A stretch of DNA of 64,000 bases, from assembly GCA_002269645.1 (NCBI GenBank), contig NIVC01001385.1:124001-188000 (forward strand). Direction: 5' to 3'. The notes under the pieces are model-generated. The model was not told the DNA's origin, made no database searches, and saw only the letters and a program-made list of their open reading frames with translations. The stretch is from Macrostomum lignano. Taxonomy: Eukaryota. Made by a program: the position numbers and the translations under genes. Shown here piece by piece: positions 60,141 to 64,000 of this stretch. How positions within the stretch are numbered: the first letter of the stretch is position 1; every line of letters starts with the position of its first letter.

Positions 60141-62519
60141 GTACAAAGTTAAACTTTTAGACAGCAAGTTTTGATAGGCCTAGATTGAGTATGCGTAACA
60201 TACATAACTAATCACAATACGAGTAGAAGATTACATGTACATTAAATGTAATAATATAGGAACAAAAACCAAACTAATACAATAAGAGCTTGCGCATACT
60301 ATTATATTCTCTATTAATCAAAATGTTATAAGTAAGCTATACTTAGTATTCTACATTTCTACTTCTTGTATTGTCCCATATGATGTAAATGTGAAATTTG
60401 CTCTTTGATATTGAATAAATAAAATCAATATGGAAGGTTGGTCACTGCGTTATTTGCTTGGAAAAGTGTTGGTGATTTGATAGAAGTTGAAATAATTTCG
60501 TTTTTTCTTGCTTTACGAATATGAATTACGAGTATATACGCATATACAAATATGTACACTAAAAGTCGTTTCATGAATTAAGCCAAGCCGGAAAAATGCA
60601 CATGTAATGAGTGAAAGTAGACTGATAACAGCTAACCGATACCCCCAAAAAAAAATCCTGGCTACGCCCCTGGGGCCTATTGAGGTAGCTTTAATCCGTC
60701 CAACCTTCGCACACCGCCCCCCCCCACTTCATTCCTCAACTCAAGTCTGCCGCATGGCATGGCTAAGTTGTATCACTTGCAAAGATTAAGAGACTTTACC
60801 TGCCTGCACTCTCAGAAGTAGCAGCTATAGGCGGAATCTGCTGAGTATATCTGCTATAAGAGTAATGGAATAGTAGTAGTAGTAGTAAATTTGGCTCAGG
60901 CAAGGAGCCTGTTTTGCCAGTATTATACGATGTATTTAGTATTTGTTCATAAGTTAAATATTTTTACACGATCGCTGAAAACGAGCTACGATATAATTGT
61001 ATAAGTAAGGTATTTGAATGAGCGTCTGGAATTTTTTACGGTTTTTTTTAGCCGACTAACGACTAACGACAGAACGACAAGATTCTAAGCAGGGAAAAAT
61101 AAAAAATCGATGTCGTTTACCTATGACCTTCATACAAAACGATTTTTCTAAAATGCGATTTAGGAAAGTTAGTTTAGTATTCTTTTGTCAATATAACAAA
61201 TATCGAGTATAATTAAGGATTGCTCTCAATAATAGGCGATTTTTGTGAAAAGATATAGTATTTTTGAAAGCGCGTGATATTTCAAAGCGTGAAGAACGAG
61301 CATAAACACACTTCGAACGAACTTAAACTTCTAGCGATTTAACGACGATTTAAATGGGAAATTAAAAAAGACAGTAAACGAATAAACAACTGAAAAGCGG
61401 ATTTATTAAACAGCTGATGTATCTGTTTCAGTTTGCATAACTGTTTTAGCTATTCTCTAGTATTCATGACTTCATATATTTTAGCTAGGCCCTACACCAG
61501 TGAGCTCTTTTCTGACTCTTTTTTCATTTGTAGCATATCCTATCTTGTGTATTTGTTTTTCATTTAAGAGGTATTGACAGAAGTATTTTTTTCTGATCTC
61601 TTCAGTTTGTGGACATTCGGTCAAGTAGGATATCGGAACCATTTCTCGCTCCACACAGTCTACATGCTTCTTGAGAAAAATGTTGGGTGTAATCTTGCAT
61701 TTCAGTTTTAGGAGGGTTGTTAGGAATTTTTTGTTTCTAAATGTGCATGGAAAGTAATCTTAAAGGTTGGGCCTGCAGATTTTTTGTAGAGATTGAGTTT
61801 AATATGTTAATTATTTAATTAGTTAATTAATTATTGTTAATAATTAATAGGAATAAATAACTTTAATTAACATTATAAATATTATTGTTATTTTATTAAT
61901 ATTATTATTAGATTAGGGCCTAATTTAGGCAATCTTCAAGTTTCGTTCGTTTAATTATTTCCAAAATTATTTCGCCCTCTATTCAAGGGTGGTGGGGGTG
62001 GGTGTTGGAATTAAACAAACGAAACTTGAAGATAACCTATTATATTTTTAATATCACTTATTATTTGCCTAATTTAATATTTCATATAAAAAACTAAATT
62101 TAATAAAAACTTAAAGCTTAACAGAGAACTTACTTTGAAATGTCTTCTGTTTTAGTCCAATTTGTTATACTTATACTATAGGACTAATATATAGCAGTTT
62201 GGGGCAGTATCCCAGGCATATTTTAGGGAGACCCATTGGGGAAATGAATATGTTAGGTGGTCACCAAACTGACTGTTACCAAAGTAACTGTAATTTTAAA
62301 TGTAGGCCTATGCCTATACCAGGATACCCCAAATCAAATTTACTAATGCATGCTAATTTCAAGCAAATGCATAGGGGCCTATTGATGTCAAACAAATCTA
62401 TAATAGTAGGGCCTATATGCTAATAATGGATTAGAAGAATAGATTGTAGGCCCTTATGCCCTAATGAAATTCAGACTGCGTATCAGACTGATGTATATAT
62501 ATAGGCCCCTATATATAGA

Positions 62520-63095
62520 CCAGTGTGCGGATCATGTACCCGTGTACGCCGGAAAAAATTCGGGCGTCAAGGACTTTGTACGCCAGTGTACGCCAAAAAC
62601 AAAAAGTTGCACTCAAATGTACACTAAAAATTCCAAAAAAAGGGTCATTCGGTTTTCACGAGTAGAGTTTTCTAGGAAAGGCTTTCGTATGAAAAGTGTC
62701 TTTAAAATATTACGAATATTGTCAGTTTAAACAAACTTAAATAACACCTACAAAAAATATCATGCAAAGTTAATACTTTCAGCAAAATTTTACACTAGTT
62801 TAATTTTTTTTAACTTAAAATAAGCAAAAAGTTTATCACTGACGATATAAATTTTCCTTTACTTTATGTAAAAACATTAATTTACATTACAATTTTCATG
62901 CACGGCATGAATTGATTCACCAAAATTTGTACGCCAAAAAAGTATGCGTGGCTGTGTTACTTGTGTACGCCAATAGTGTACGCCAACAAAGTGCGCCAGG
63001 GGTTGTGTACGCCGATTGTGTACGCCAAGGACTGAGGGTGGCCGTTTTGTACGCCGGAAAAGTTCCGGCGTACATGCATACCATCCGCAACCTGG
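62520..63095. mobile_element. hAT-type MITE, 576 bp
   Basis: TIR CCAGTGTGCGGAT / ATCCGCAACCTGG, 8-bp TSD TATATAGA (62512-62519 and 63096-63103), and GTGTACGCC subterminal repeats. Confidence 0.85.
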
Positions 63096-63365
63096 TATAT
63101 AGACTGTGTATATATATTAGCATTTAATATAATTATCAAATATAATCTCAACATTGCTTATTATGACAATGGTGATATGTCTATGTGCTATTTGCCTATT
63201 TTCCCACATTTTTTTGCATTGCAAACTAAACTATCATATTTCAATTTGTTAGGTAGGCCTATAGGCCTAAGGCTAATGTATAAAATTTTTGAGAAAGTTT
63301 CTAAATAGGCCTATTCAGTTATGTTACAGGTGTGTTTCCTGTCCACCGATAATCCCACTAATCGC

Positions 63366-63493
63366 CACCAAAGTTGTTACAGGCCTTTTGGCTCTCTCTC
63401 TGTAAATTCCACCGCTGAGTCACTAAAGTTGTTACAGGCCTTTTGGCTCTCTCTCTGTAAATTCCACCGCTGAGTCACCAAAGTTGTTACAGG
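63366..63493. repeat. 55-bp tandem repeat, about 2.3 copies
   Basis: CAC(C/T)AAAGTTGTTACAGG at 63366, 63421 and 63476. Confidence 0.9.
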
Positions 63494-64000
63494 GCTAATT
63501 TACTAATCTCTTAAGTGCTCTTCTTAGATTGGTAGCTGCCACCAAGATTATTCAATTAATAAATTATGAGTTTATCAATATTAGAATAATCTGAGAATAT
63601 TTCTTAGAATAGGTCTAAATATTTAGTCTGAGTATTTAGTCTGAGTATTAGTCTGAGTATTAGTCTTAGAAAGACTGTTAACCCTGAAAGATTTTACTCT
63701 TCTGATTAGTCTGGTAGCGTTCTATTATTCTGGTAGCGTTCTATTCAATAATGGCCTGAGCGGTATTTTGGCTTACTGGTATATGTATTTCATGTACTTT
63801 GCAAGTCCTTGGGCGTTACCAAGATCAGAGGGTCACAGCCTTTGTTATTCTTATACGTCTTACTTCAGATCTACTTCACAACTTCTTACTACTCAACACT
63901 TTCCTTCTTAGTAGTATATATGGTACACACCTCCGTCTACTTCACTCTTACTTCTTAAAGGAATGAATATAGAAAACACTTCTTCAATTCTTATTTTCTC

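Larger units (their letters stand above)
51807..60672 (+). mobile_element. Full-length hAT DNA transposon, 8866 bp including nested insertions
   Basis: 12-bp TIR CAGGGGCGTAGC, 8-bp TSD GGGCCTAT (51799-51806 and 60673-60680), and GGGGTATCGG subterminal motifs. Confidence 0.95.

Overview
This is eukaryotic, probably invertebrate, DNA: short GT-AG introns, tRNA-derived SINEs and animal-type EnSpm elements. A flatworm such as Macrostomum is only a guess. The window is mostly a nested transposon cluster. From left to right: a BEL/Pao pol fragment; the 3' part of a Gypsy-type element (integrase plus an extra repeat-rich ORF with its own CCAAT/TATA promoter), interrupted by an RTE LINE and a complete CACTG EnSpm element (A, 3773-10794); a P-element transposase exon; a decayed EnSpm (C) containing a near-intact EnSpm (B, 19211-26590); a young, compact Gypsy (Mag-like) LTR element (27931-32268) lying in the intron between two RasGRP-like exons; an intact two-exon SARAF/TMEM66 gene; MITEs, SINEs, LINE fragments and satellites; and a full-length hAT element (51807-60672) split by a non-autonomous TIR element. 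There is no CRISPR array, rRNA gene or true tRNA gene. The most interesting signals are a CIDE-N-like domain on an EnSpm accessory protein, the promoter-driven extra ORF behind the Gypsy integrase, and CpG depletion confined to the transposase half of EnSpm elements. Family assignments come from motifs recognised by eye, not from database searches.
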